Shown here piece after piece: positions 25,262 through 38,700 of a stretch of DNA of 46,729 nucleotides; the stretch's first letter is position 1; every line of letters starts with the position of its first letter. A program made the translations under genes and the position numbers. Source of the DNA: an uncultured Methanosarcinales archaeon (GTDB lineage Archaea; Nanobdellota; Nanobdellia; Woesearchaeales; 21-14-0-10-32-9); NCBI GenBank assembly GCA_964581965.1, contig CAZOPU010000001.1, forward strand, positions 1-46,729, written 5' to 3'. The notes beneath the pieces were generated by a model that was not told where the DNA came from, searched no databases, and saw only the letters and a program-made list of their open reading frames with translations.

Positions 25262-26281
25262 TTATTTGTATTTTGTCCATTTGAAATCCTTTATTTTTTC
25301 GCCTGTGTCGTTGAAAAAGCATTTTTTGTATCCTTCTTTTATCATTCCTTCCCAGAGCAGTGCTTCTATGTGGCCTTCTTTCAATGTTGTAAGGTTTGAA
25401 TCAGGAGTCTCTTTTAAAAGAACCCTGTGAAGAAGGTTATCATAGTTTTTGCATAGCGCAGGAGTGGGTATTCCTGTAAGGTTCATTTGGATAGGGATAA
25501 TTTGGGGAAGCACGCCTGTCCTTTGCTTTTCTTTCCTCGCTAAGGAAATGTAATGGTCAATTATTGCAAAGTAGGCAACTATCTCGTGCGCATCCATTCT
25601 GTATTCAGATATGAATTCTGGCCTGGATTTTGCAGGGAATTTAATATCATGGCGCTTGTCTTCACACACGTGGTCTGTCTTGAGCATGTATGCGATGTTA
25701 AATTTTTCAACTGTATCTGCAACAGGAACATGGTCTAATCTTAATGTGTATTTTCCTTTTCCTTTAGTCCTTGATGGGACTTTGGTTATGATGCTCGCTC
25801 CTTTTTCTGCAACTCCTTCTACTGAATCATAAATCTCCAAAAGCTGTATTGATGCCTGGAATGGGACCTGCTCCTCGCTCAAGGGGGCGTATGCGTACAT
25901 TTTTGCTGCTTCAAGAATGTCGTTGAGCCTTATTACTCTTGAGGTTCTGTCAACTCCGAAGTGGGGGTTGAACGTAAACCCTGCATACCTTAACCTGTAT
26001 TTTGGGAGGCTGTCGAATACTTTTTCTCTTATTTCATATGGTTTAAGTGTTGGATTGTGCTCTTCTTTAGTCGGTACTGTTATCAATGGTCCGCTTTTAA
26101 GAAAGTGATCAGGTCCTTCAAATTTGTAAGGGAATAATTTTCCAATTAAGGTTAAGGATTCGTTTTCTTTTAATTCAGTTATATTTTCCCAGAACTCAGT
26201 CTTTATTTCCTTGTTATCCGTGCTTCTAAGTATTTCTGCAGCACTTGGTCTTTTGAAAAAATTCTTTTTTTCCTCACTCAT
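25262..26281 (-). CDS. Hypothetical protein (339 aa), first gene of the DUF1653 operon
   Basis: Long soluble ORF with no recognisable motif. Divergently transcribed from the giant-protein operon. Confidence 0.55.
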   Translation of the reverse strand: MSEEKKNFFKRPSAAEILRSTDNKEIKTEFWENITELKENESLTLIGKLFPYKFEGPDHFLKSGPLITVPTKEEHNPTLKPYEIREKVFDSLPKYRLRYAGFTFNPHFGVDRTSRVIRLNDILEAAKMYAYAPLSEEQVPFQASIQLLEIYDSVEGVAEKGASIITKVPSRTKGKGKYTLRLDHVPVADTVEKFNIAYMLKTDHVCEDKRHDIKFPAKSRPEFISEYRMDAHEIVAYFAIIDHYISLARKEKQRTGVLPQIIPIQMNLTGIPTPALCKNYDNLLHRVLLKETPDSNLTTLKEGHIEALLWEGMIKEGYKKCFFNDTGEKIKDFKWTKYK

Positions 26282-26504
26282 TAGTCCTTGTAAGTAGGTA
26301 CAAATTATATATTTTTCTTATATTTTGCCGCAAAAAAGCAGATTAAATATAAGCTATATAGGTTATATTACTTTTATAGGTTTTTTAGTTTATTGGTTTT
26401 GCGGAGGTATTTATTAAATAAAAGTCTTTTTATGCTCATTTTGAGGAAAAGTCTATATTAGTATTAAAATTAGTAAAATATATAAACCAAATATAAGTTA
26501 TATT

Positions 26505-26529
26505 ACTTATAAATGCCACTTTAAGTGGC
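26505..26529 (+). promoter_or_regulatory. TATA-like box followed by a perfect 7-1-7 palindrome GCCACTT-T-AAGTGGC (candidate operator)
   Basis: ACTTATAAAT (26505-26514) is immediately followed by a GC-rich inverted repeat at 26515-26529. This lies in an otherwise very AT-rich intergenic region, about 50 nt upstream of the HTH gene start. Confidence 0.35.
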
Positions 26530-26576
26530 CCATTTATTTTTTTAATTTTTTTGCGTTTATAGGGAGGGAGTATTTT

Positions 26577-26780
26577 TTGCTTTTAACAGAGAAGGAAATA
26601 GAGGTGCTTCAGCTCAGGAAATTGGGCTTGACCCAAGTTGAAGTATCTAAGAAAATGGGAATCTCCCAAGCAGCAGTTTCCAGCTTTGAGAAAAACGCAC
26701 ACAGAAAAATAGACGATTCGCAGCAAATACTGAAACTTGTTGTCCAGCTTAAAATTAATTCTGAGGGTGATAAAAAATGA
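26577..26780 (+). CDS. Small HTH DNA-binding protein (Tfx / sigma-70 region-4 / LuxR-like), upstream copy
   Basis: 67 aa. LTEKEIEVLQLRKLGLTQVEVSKKMGISQAAVSSFEKNA is a typical region-4-type helix-turn-helix. TTG start with AGGGAGGGAG 6 nt upstream. Its stop overlaps the start of the giant gene (ATGA). Confidence 0.75.
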   Translation: MLLTEKEIEVLQLRKLGLTQVEVSKKMGISQAAVSSFEKNAHRKIDDSQQILKLVVQLKINSEGDKK

Positions 26781-29700
26781 AAGGGCAGCATTCTCCTCAG
26801 AAAGACAGTGCGATGGCGAAGACTGCTGCTAATACATCAGATACAACTAAATCAGAGCCAAAATCTAATTACATCAGGATATTCCTATTTTTTGCTTTAT
26901 TTATCTCAGCAGTTGTACTTGCATTCATTTATTCTGACAACGGGAATTTCCTTACAGGAAACATAGTTTCATCAGAGACTCCTTTTGAAAATGTAATTGT
27001 AGGAAGGAATATTCTGGATGGCGAAAGAATAGATATCAATAAAGAGGTTTCTTCCATAAGAATATCTGGATCATTCAGCGGAAAAGGCTATGCGAAAGTT
27101 TATGCGGTCTCTGGAGAGACAAAGGTTTTAGTTTATGAATTCAAGGAAGAAGATACATCATCTCCGGCAGCAACAGGATTTGTTGTATATGGAGAAGAAG
27201 AAATTTCTCTGGTAGAGACTGGAGAGACATCTGCAGTGCCAAATGTGGAACTAACTGAAAACACAAATGAAAATGTAGAGCAGACAGTTGAGCCGCTGCA
27301 GGAAGAAATTACAACTATTGAGCAGACAGAAGAGCAACCTGCTGAGCAGATAACTGAAGAATATGATGCTCCTGCGCCTGAAAATATTACTGAAAATATT
27401 TCTGGTCTGGAAGAAGCGAATAACACTAATGAAACAAATGAAACATTTATTGAAGAACAAGCAGAGCAGATTCAATCAGACTTGCAAGTTGAGCTGCCTC
27501 CTCCAATTTACAGCGAAGAGAATTCAACCGAAGAAAATGAGTCTTACAACTTATCAGAGCCACAAATTCAGACAGGTGAAAATGTATCCTATAACGAATC
27601 AAACATTTCAGCAGATATTAATGTCGCAGTGGAAATTACAGGAGAAACTGGAGAGGAATTGAGCTCACCTGAAAATGCAGAGGATATAAATCAGTCAGAA
27701 AATGAAACTGAACCAGTAGAAGTTTTGCCAGAAGTATTATCCGAAAAAATATCTGTTGAAGATGGATGCGCAGAGACTTGCAGTGTTTTTCCATTCAACG
27801 CAGAATATCTTCTTTTTGAAATCTCTGATGGCTCCTTATTCATAGATAATTTCAGTTTTGTTCTCCCTGAATCTGGATTTTATTTAAAGGACAATTTCAC
27901 ATTTGTTAATATTACAGTGGGGGAATATGAGAACATAAATCTTAACGATTATTTCTCTGGTTCTGGAATATTCTTTGATTTCACATCATCAGAAGGATAT
28001 TCTTACGAGATAAGCGAGTCATCCCTTAAGATAATAGGACTTAATGAAGGGTCGTGGATGGGGAAAGTTTACGCTGTAAAAGATGATGTAATTATAGAAA
28101 GCAACGAATTTGATATTTACGTTTATCCTATTTTATCAATTAACATTTCAAGTCTCATGCAGGAAAACAATCTTACTGAGAATATTTCTGTTCCTCCTGC
28201 TGAAAATGAGTCGCCTGTGAACATTTCAGATTTGATAAATGCCTCTGTAGAAGAAGAGCCTCTTCCTTTCATAGTTGATGAGAACATCCTAAAGATAATA
28301 TCTGAAAACTCCACTGACTCCAGAGTGCGTGTTATTGTGAAATATAAAAAAGAATCTGCGCCTACTTCAGTAAAAGAATACATAGATGATGTAAAGGATT
28401 CATCTGTCAAGTTGCTTGCAGAGGAGAGCGTAGTTGATTTGATTGAAGCAAAGGAAAGGAAATACTCAGAGCTTGAAAATTTAATTGTGGAAAAGAATTC
28501 GGTATCTGCTGATGAAGAAATATCATTAAATAATATTGATGATTCTGCTTTGCCTTTGGATTTGCCTGTAGAAGAAGCAGTTTCCTCTTCTGAGAAACAA
28601 ATAACAATAGAAGATGCTCCTGCTGAAGAAACTAATAAAGAAATTAATGAAGGTATTAACGAAGAGATTAATGAAGAGGATATTATTAATGAATTGGTTT
28701 CTCTTGATTCTAAGATAAAGGAAGCAGAATTCGCAGAAAAAGTAATTTCTGCAGATGAAATAAAAGTAGAGAAATCCCTTCTTGATGCAGGAATTGAATC
28801 TGTTGTTATGGATGTTAAAGATATAGAAATCCTGAAGAACAACAAGGATATAGCTGCATTATATATTGACAATCCTGTATCCTTGCTTATAGAAGATTCA
28901 AAGGAAATAACAAGGATAGAGGAAGCAAAGCAGTTTGCACTAGATAACTTAAGCCTTGAAATAAATGGCTCAGGAATAAAAGTTTGTCTTGTTGATACTG
29001 GAATTAACTCGGTAGTGTTTAATTACAGTTATGGATTTGACTTTGTTAATAATGATTCCCTTCCAGAAGATGACAACGGCCACGGAACTTCAGTTGGATA
29101 CGCATTGAAAAGCATCTCGCCTGGTGCAGAAATAATTGCAGTAAAAGTTATGAACTCATCTGGAATGGGATATGAGTCAGATATAATAGCAGGACTTGAT
29201 TACTGTCTTGATGAAAATGCAGATATAGTATCCTTGAGTTTAGGTGGAGGAGAATACGAGGGATACTGTGATGACAATCCTGTTGCACAGAAAGTTGATG
29301 AATTGTCAAATGAGGGAATAGTAGTATTTGCTGCCACAGGAAACGACGGATATACCAGTATGATAAAGAGCCCAGCATGTGCACGCAGTGCAATAAGAGT
29401 TGGTGCAAGTACTAAGCAGGATACTTTGTGGAGCGGGACAAATTATAACAACGCAACATTGCTTCTCGCACCAGGTACAGAAATAAACACTGTTGACTTG
29501 AATGGCCAGCCAGTTTTATTAAGCGGCACGTCCATGTCTACACCTATAGTTTCTGGAATTGCATCTCTTGTTATGGGAACGGAATCGTTTTCTCCAAAGG
29601 AAATTTACGACAGATTAGTTCATACAGGAGTTCTTATTAATACATCTGAAAGAGAATTCGCGAGAGTTGATGCATTTAATGCTGTAATTAACAATATAAC

Positions 29701-32700
29701 AAACAACCTTTCAGAAGGAGAGGTAGGAATTAACGAAACTAACGGAACATACATGGTTGAGGCCAGCATAACAATAACAATAGAATCTCCTCCTACTCCT
29801 TCAAATGGTTCTACTATAGTTAATGCACCCACTATTCTTGCGAATATAACATCCACTCTAAATTCTTCAGCATGGGTAGATATTGACAGGAGTGTGTTAG
29901 GATATTATTCCATGGACTTTTATAATTCAACCGGAATTCATGATAATTCAACTTGGGGAAATTTTGCTAGTTTTGCGGGAACACTTGACAGCTCTGATGC
30001 AAGTGCGGGAAGAGTAAATTACTCTTTCAATTTTGATGGAAGCACAGCTTATGCAAGCATATCTCCAACTAGATTTGATGATGCAGAGGATGTGAGCGTT
30101 AGTGTATGGGTATATCCTCATGCAATAGCCACTAATTATCTAAGACTTCTTCAGAAAGGAGATGCATCTGGAGCTACTAGAGGATTTGGAATAGTACAGG
30201 AATCTTCAGGGTTTACAGGATTTTATCAGCCAGTATATGGTTCTAGTGAATATGGTACAACAACAAGTATTAGCGTGTCTAATAATGCATGGCATCATGT
30301 AGTTATGACTTTTGATTATGATTCAAATGAGTTAAAAATGTATATTAACGGGACGGATCGTAGTAGTACATCAAGCACAGGTTGGAGTGTAGGTACTGGA
30401 AATACTTTTGCAATAGGAAGAAGGGCAGGAGATGCACTAAATTACTATGATGGTTTAATAGATGAAGTAATAATTTTTAACAGAACGCTGACTGCAGAAG
30501 AAGTACGTGCATTATATGATGCCAGAACAAACAAGCTAAACGCTACTTTCTCTGAATTGGCTGCATCAACTCATAATTATACAATATATGCTGTGGACAC
30601 TTCAGGAAGTAGGAACAGCACGACTGTAAGAACATTTACTTCTCTTTCATCGCCTTTATATGCTTGTGATGAAGCTTTAAGTACAGGATATTATACTTTG
30701 GGAATGGATGTAACTGATCCAGATACTTGTTTTGAAACAATCACAGATGATGTGTGGCTTGACTGTGCAGGTCATCAGATAACTTTCTCAACCAGTGCGC
30801 CTACTGCATCATACGGATTTATAGGAAATAATGATAATATTTCAGTTTCTAATTGTAATATTCTTGATGGAGCTATGGCGAGTGTGGGTGACTGGAATGT
30901 AGGAGTTGTATTTGGAGATAGTGCAACTAATTCTAGTATGAATAATATTTATGTGAATGCAAACTCTCCATCAATATATGTGGAGGGAATAGGGAACAAT
31001 GCGACAAATAGTGTTGCGATAGCAGACAGTGGTACTGCTTTCTATGTTGTCAGGTGTAAGTACTGTAATATTGACAGGAATTTAGGAAATAGCAGTGGCG
31101 GTCCTGGAATTTATGGAATAAGTGTCAATAATACTAACTTTACTAATAACATAGGCCATAGTACGGTAGCTAGTGAAGGATTTGTAATGGAAGAATACAA
31201 TAACTGGAACCGTTATATAAATAACACAGGTATAAGTGATGGCACTCATGCTTTTAGGTGCGTAGATTGTTTTTACAGCGAATTTAGAAATAATAATGGA
31301 ACATCAATAAGTGGTACATGGTATTCAGGATTTCATCTTTACAATTCTTCATATAATGTCTTGGTAAACAATTCAGGTGCAGGCTATGATGGATTTGTGT
31401 TGTCCACGTATTCTAGAAACAACACTTGCACAAACAATACGGGAATAAGCAATGTGGATACTGAAGGTACCGGAACTTATGTTCATGATTCTGCTAATAA
31501 TACAATTATAAGACAAAATACCTCTTCAACTACATCAACAAGCAATGCAATTACAGTTGATGGGTCAAGCAATACTCTTTTCAAGGATTGTCTATACATA
31601 TCTGGTTTTGATGACGACATTTGGGTTACTAGTTCGAGTTCTAATGTAACTATGCTAAACTGCACATATAGTCTTGGAAAGATAACTGTTGATTCTGGCA
31701 GCCAGCTTATAAGGAAATGGTATTATATTGCATATGTTAATGATACTGCAACACTTCCTATTTCAAGTGTGAACATCTCCGCAGGGAACAGGACTGGAAC
31801 ATTGCAGTTTACAACATTGACAAATTCAACAGGATGGATTGCAAGCCAGGAATTAATAGAATCAGTAAACAACAGCGGAACTGCATACCTTGCAAGCAAT
31901 TATTCAATAAACGCTACATTATCTAATGGCTCAAGGATAGCGCACACATTCAACATAACTGTTCTTGGAAATATAAGAGATAATTTCACGTTTAACGCTA
32001 CAGGAGCTATGTTGTCTGCTTGCGCGAATCTAACAACTGCAAATGCATACTATACTTTATCTGCTAATATAACCTCAACAAAAACGTGCATAAATATTTC
32101 TGCGCAGAACGTAACAATTAATTGTAATAATTACTGGATAAATTATTCCTCTGCAAATGGGGCAGACCCAATTGCTTATGGAATTTATTCAAATCAGGAT
32201 GGTACAGTAATATCAAATTGTAATATATACGATAAGAATAGAAGTGCAAGCTATGACTCTAGGTACGGAATTGAATTGTCAGATGCGGATAATTCTATAC
32301 TTACAAATAATTTTGTAAATACTACTAGTGGAAGCGCAATTCATCTTGGCAATTCTGATTACTGTGTCCTGACAAATAATACTGGTGTAAGCAATTATTC
32401 ACAGGGAATAAGATTGGAAGGATCCACAAGCAATAACTTGACTGGAAATAAAGGATTATCTGAGACAAACGAGGGAACAGGAATTACCGGCTCTTCTAAT
32501 TATAACATATTCATAAATCATACAGGCATTTGCAGAGTGGGAAGTAGTCCATACGCAGGAGTATTTGTTTATAATTCACAGAGCAATTCATTCACGAACC
32601 TTAATGCTTCAAGCTCAATTTATGGAATTAGATTTAATGGAGCAAGCAACAATAACTTTACGGATTGTGTCTATGTGAATGGAACAGTATATAATGTATA

Positions 32701-35700
32701 TGTTATGTATGAATCAGGAAGCACCAATAACATACTTTTGAATTGTACATATGCAAATGAATCAATAAACGGAGTTTCCAATTACCTTGTTAGGAAATGG
32801 TACTTGACAGTTAATGTAACGTCCTCTGGGACAGGGGTTAATGGTGCCGATGTCACTGTTTACAATGTTTCGTCTTCAAGTGTGTATAATGAGCTTACGG
32901 ATGAATATGGACAGACCACAAAGACTGCTCTGACAGATTATGTTAATTACAATGGTACGGCAACTTACAGTACACCTTATAATGTAAGTGTTACTGGAGA
33001 TGGTCTAAATTCAAACTCATCTTCTTACAATTTAACTGCCCTGCGCAATCTTCTTGCTAATATAACTCTATATTATAATAGTACTGCTCCAAGAATAACA
33101 ATAGAATCTCCTCCTACTCCAGCAAATGGAGCGATTGTAAGTCCTCAGTTGCAAAGCATTGTCGCAAACATCTCCAGTCCTTCTGATAGGAACACCTCTT
33201 CATGGATGGACTATGACCGGACACTTGTAGGATACTTTGCAATGGACTCATATAACTCATCTGGAATATATGACAACTCAACTTGGAATTTATTTGCTAA
33301 TTTCAGCGGAGGAATAAGTGCATCAAATTTATCAGCGGGAATAAGGGGTAATGCGCTTAACTTTGATGGAAGCGATGATTACATAGTTTCTCCTCTTAGC
33401 AAAAGCTATTTCAGCAGTAATATTACTATCTCCCTTTTTGTAAAGCCGACAGGGGCGCAGTCCACTAGGGGAATTTTTCAGTTGGCAGGAGCTACGGGGG
33501 ATAGTACGCCTTGGATACTTTTGAAAAGATCAACATCTACACAGACAGTATGGTACTTAAATGGAGCGGATAGGATTACACAGACTGTGAATGATGATAA
33601 TTATACTCATTTAGCACTGACATATGATGGAAGCGTTTGGAGGGCATACAAAAATGGAGTTGCTGACGGAACATATACTGGGGGAGTTGGTTCAAACGCA
33701 GGAGAGCGTTTAATATTAGGAAATGGGTACAACGGATACTACGGAGGAGCCATTGATGAGGTTCTTTTTTTCAATAGGACATTTTTTCCGGATGAAATAA
33801 AAGCATTGTATGATTCAAGGGTAAACAAATTCAACGGTACATTAAGATACATCTTGCCTGGAACGCACAATTATACAATATATTCCGTAGACACGCAAGG
33901 GGAGCGCTCAAATACATCAGTCAGGACATTCAACGCAGGATATTCGCTGAGCGGATGTAATGATAATCTTAATATTCCAAATAGGATTTATTTTCTCAAT
34001 ACGTCCGTTACAGACGTTGATTCTTGCTTTGAAATATGGGAATCAAATATAACCATTGACTGTAATAATTACTCAGTAACATATGGTACATCAGCGTCTT
34101 CAGCGGGGAATTACGGAGTTTATTTTGGAGAGACTGGAAATTATGTAAATAGTAGTGTCAGGAATTGTATTATTTACTATGGCTCATCTTATGATGATTG
34201 GAATCCTGCAATAGATCTTCTCCAGGATAATGCATCTTTGATTAATAATACTATTTATTCATCTGTATCTATAGGAGTTTGGGTTATCTCAAAATATTCT
34301 CTTATTGCAAATAATACTGTTTTAAGTAATGGAGATTATGGATTTGGTATTGAGTCGCTTAACTATTCAAGATTTATAAATAATAGTGGTACGAGTGAGG
34401 AGGCTGTCAGCGATAATCCGGGAATCTATTTCATGAATTCATATTGGAACAATATATCGAACAGTACAGGTATAGGAGAGAATGGTGCTGGATTTGAGAT
34501 GTATCACTCATCTTATAATAATTTGCAGGATATTAAGGGAATATCTGATACCGCTGCTGGAATAGAGATGTGGGAAAATAATTACAATAACACATTCAGG
34601 AATGTTAACGCTACAAGCACAAGCTATTATGGATTGTATATTAATTATGGGTCAAGAGACAATACTTTCTATAATACTACTGTATATAGTGGGTCTAGCA
34701 CGGGTTTGTTTTTATTTCGTGACGCAAGAAATAATTCTTTTTATAATTTAACTGCAAGAACCGACGGAAGCTCAACTGTAGCTATACAATTTTATGGCTC
34801 AGGTAATATGACTTTCAAAGACTGTGCAGCGATAGCGCCAAATTATGAATATAGTGTTTATATGGATAATTCTGGAAGTGCATATGGCTCAGTCACAAAC
34901 AACACGTTTACTAACTGTACATTTACAGGAAGTGAAGTTCTAGATTCAAGCACACAGTTGATTAGGAAATGGTATTATGATGCATATACAAATGATACTT
35001 TGGGTCTTTATGTTCCAAGCGTAAATGTTACTGGTGCAAACAGGACTGGAACAAGGCAGTTCAGTGTGCTCTCAAACGGAACAGGATGGATTGCAAGACA
35101 GGAAATAATAGATTATGTAAATAATGGAGGCTCAAAGTATTATGCAAGCAACTATTCTATAAATGGAACATATAGTTCTGCAGTAATAGCTAAATCCCAT
35201 AACATAACTGTTGAAAACAACGTGCTTGACGTGTTTACATTTAACACTTCTTCATTCTGTAGGACTATTTCAGCTCCAAACATAGTTTACAATTTAACCC
35301 AGAATGTCAGCACCACAAGTACTTGTTTTACTGTGACTGCAAGCAATGTAACAATAGATTGTAAAGGGTTTAGCATAAAAGGAAATAACAACAGTGGAAG
35401 CATTGGTGTTTACAGCAACGTTCCCTATACTGCGGTTGTCAACTGTACAATTCTAAACTTCAGCACAGGAATTTATTTTAACTCTAGCGCAAATAACGGA
35501 TTAATAAATAATGTAACAATAAATCAAACATATGCAACAAGCTGCAGTGATTCTACTGGAGTGTGTGCAGCTATGTTTGGAAAGGGATCTGCTAATTTAT
35601 CAATAACTAAACTATATGCAGATAAAACATTATCAATGGCTGAAAACGCAAGCAACCTTCTGATTACATCTAGCAACATATATGATATAAGTATATATCC

Positions 35701-38700
35701 TGGTATTTCTTATGCCATGTTAAATGTGTCTATAATAAATACTACTGTTACATATATTAATCCATTTAGGGCAAATAATTCATACATGTCATCGGTTAAT
35801 ATATCATACATATACCTGGAAAGTATGAGTAATTTAACTATGACAAATATTCGTTTAACAGGTGAATTTGAGACAGACAACGCTAATAACTTATACATTT
35901 ACAACTCTACATTAAACCAGACAGGCACTACATCATCATCATACGCTATATATGCTTATAATGGAGATAACATCTCAATTGCGGACTCCAACATAACATC
36001 AGCTTCGTACGGTATTACTACATATGGTCCGTCGCTAAGTTTAAGAAACGTAAGTTTAATCTCTAAAAATACCTCTCTTGATGTGTATGCGGCATGTGGT
36101 AGCTCATCACGGAATATATCTGTTTCAAATAATTATTTTAATTCTAATGCATCTAGTGTTATTTATATTCAGCAATGCATATCTAACAGTACATTTGTAA
36201 ACAATACATTTGTCTCAGGTACAGGCACAGGAGTTCTTCTTAACATAAGCTTTACATCAGGAAATAATACTTTTTACAGAAACAATTTCACTCAAACTTC
36301 AGGGTACTACATATTCAACGGCAACAATACGAACCGCTTCAATACGTCGGTCGGTACAGTTGCCCAAGGTAATTATTATTATGATATATCCACCAAGAAT
36401 ATATTTGATGCTAACAGCGATGGATGGGGAGACTCAGGCTCAGATTATCCTCTTAATACATCTACTTGGCCGACTAAGTGGATGGGTAATGGAACAGATT
36501 ATGGTCCTGCAGTAACTGCAGTTTCTTGCTCTGTGCTTTCTGCAGCAGGCACTACATATAACCTTTCATCAAACGCAACATCATCAGGGACATGCTTTAA
36601 TGTTACTGCTGCAAATATAACTATTGACTGTAAAGGATATACAATAACTGGAAACAACGCAACAGGCACATTTGGTGTATACTCTAATTCATACAATACA
36701 ACTGTGAAGAACTGTATCATAAGGAATTTCTCAACAGGAATATATTATATTGGTGTAATTAATGGAACAATCTTCAACAACTCGATAAGTACAGAGCATG
36801 TAGAAAGTGGAGATAATGGAAAAGGAATATACATTTACGCTAGCTCAAATTACAATAAGATAATAGATACTAATGCAAACGCTACACCTTACGGTGCGGG
36901 AGTTTATATTAGTTATTCATCTAATAATACAATAATAAATACAACTGGTGTTTCTAATTCAACTTGGGGAATATATTTGATTTATAGTCCTAACAACACA
37001 ATAAGCAATTCAAGAGGAATATCTAACGAAACAGGTATTTATGTATGTGTTGGCTCTGATTATAATATTATAAAATATTCTAATGGAACATCTACAGGCG
37101 GATATATGGGAATAAGAATAGACTCCAGTTATGCGTCGCTAATATCTGTTATTGGAACATCTGTATCTGGTACAGGAGTAATGTTAGGTTCATCCATTCA
37201 TAACAATACATTATGGAATTCTTCAGGAACCGCCACATCTGGGCATGGATTAGGAGTATATTCTAATAACCATTCAATAATTAATTTCAATGCGACATCA
37301 TCAGGCAATTATGGTATTTATGTGACTGGGGCATATAATATTATTACAGCTGCAAGAGCTATATCAAGCGGTTCTGTAGGTATATTGTTTCAAGGAGGCA
37401 TAAATAATAGGGTGCTTAACAGCACATTGCAATCCTCAACTTCATCAGGTGTATTTTTATGGACTGGCTCGAATAATAATACAATATTGTATAGTAATGT
37501 ATCTGGAAGTACTGTATCTGGCTCTGGAGGATTAGCTATTGGTACAAATTCTCAGAATAATACAATAGCTAACTCTACAATAAATGGTTTAGCTACGTTG
37601 TATGCAGTCTTAATATCTGGAACTTGCTCAGGTAACGTTTTCATAAATAATACTTTTAAAAACGCAACATCAACTTTGCTTGACATAGACTTGACTTCTG
37701 GAAATAACCGTTTCTACTGGAACAATTTTACTAATGCAAGCGGGTATTATATTAATAATAGAAACAATACGAACACATTCAACACATCAGTTACAGGTGT
37801 TGCACAAGGTAACTATTATGATAACATATCGACAAAGAATGTATTTGATAGTAATAGCAATGGATGGGGAGACACGGGAGCAGATTATCCTATAAATGTA
37901 TCAACTTGGGCTACAAAGTGGACTGGAAATGGAACTGATTATGGTCCTGCTACAACAAGAACTTTATTTGTTACTGTAACATATCAATCACCTACTCCCG
38001 CAGATAACAGCAGGCAAACAGCTAATAGCGTAACAATAAATGTAAGTGTATCTGCAGGAATGAATGTCTCCAATTGTACATTGCAGTGGAACGGCACTAC
38101 AAATTATTCTATGACAAAAGTAGGAACGGGTATAAGTGTATACTGTTATAGGACCATGACTACAGTGGATGGAGGGATTTATACATATAAAGTGTATGCT
38201 AATGACAGTCTTGGTACTCTTGACAATAGCTCAACGAGAAATTTCACTGAAAATACGCCTCCCTCAGTAACTGCAACAATAACCCCTGTAAGTCCAACTA
38301 CTCTGGATAATTTGACTTGTACAGTAGGAGGATGGATAGATCCACAAGATGCTCCTGGAAATTATACATTCCAATGGTACAATGGGACGACTTTTAAGTT
38401 CTCTTCAGGACTTACAACTTCAACTACATATACTCTTCTTTCTACAAACCTCAGCATAGGAGACACATGGAATTGTACAATAACGCCATGGGATGGATTT
38501 GAGAATGGAACTGCAGTATCCACAAACAAGTATATCAATATGCCTTGCATGACATTGTCTACTGCTAATGCAATATATAATATGACTTCAAATCTTTCAT
38601 CTACAGGGACTTGCTTTAATGTAACTGCGCGAAATGTTACCTTGGATTGTCGTTGGAACTGGATAAATTTCTCAACAGGAGGATCTGGAAGCACGTACGG

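Noticed and set aside
28626-28690. Short tandem peptide repeat (EINEGINEEINEE) in the giant gene as a possible phase-variable tract
   Set aside because: Only about three imperfect 12-15-nt units are present, inside a generally low-complexity acidic region. There is no homopolymer or perfect microsatellite that would support slipped-strand switching.
27133-28872. Several antisense or off-frame ORFs inside the 5' acidic region of the giant gene (27133-27426, 27251-27475, 27363-27662, 28123-28872, 28407-28607)
   Set aside because: They are Ser/Phe/Ile-rich low-complexity mirror images of the Glu/Asn-rich sense frame. They have no start context and lie wholly within a 15-kb ORF with strong domain evidence.
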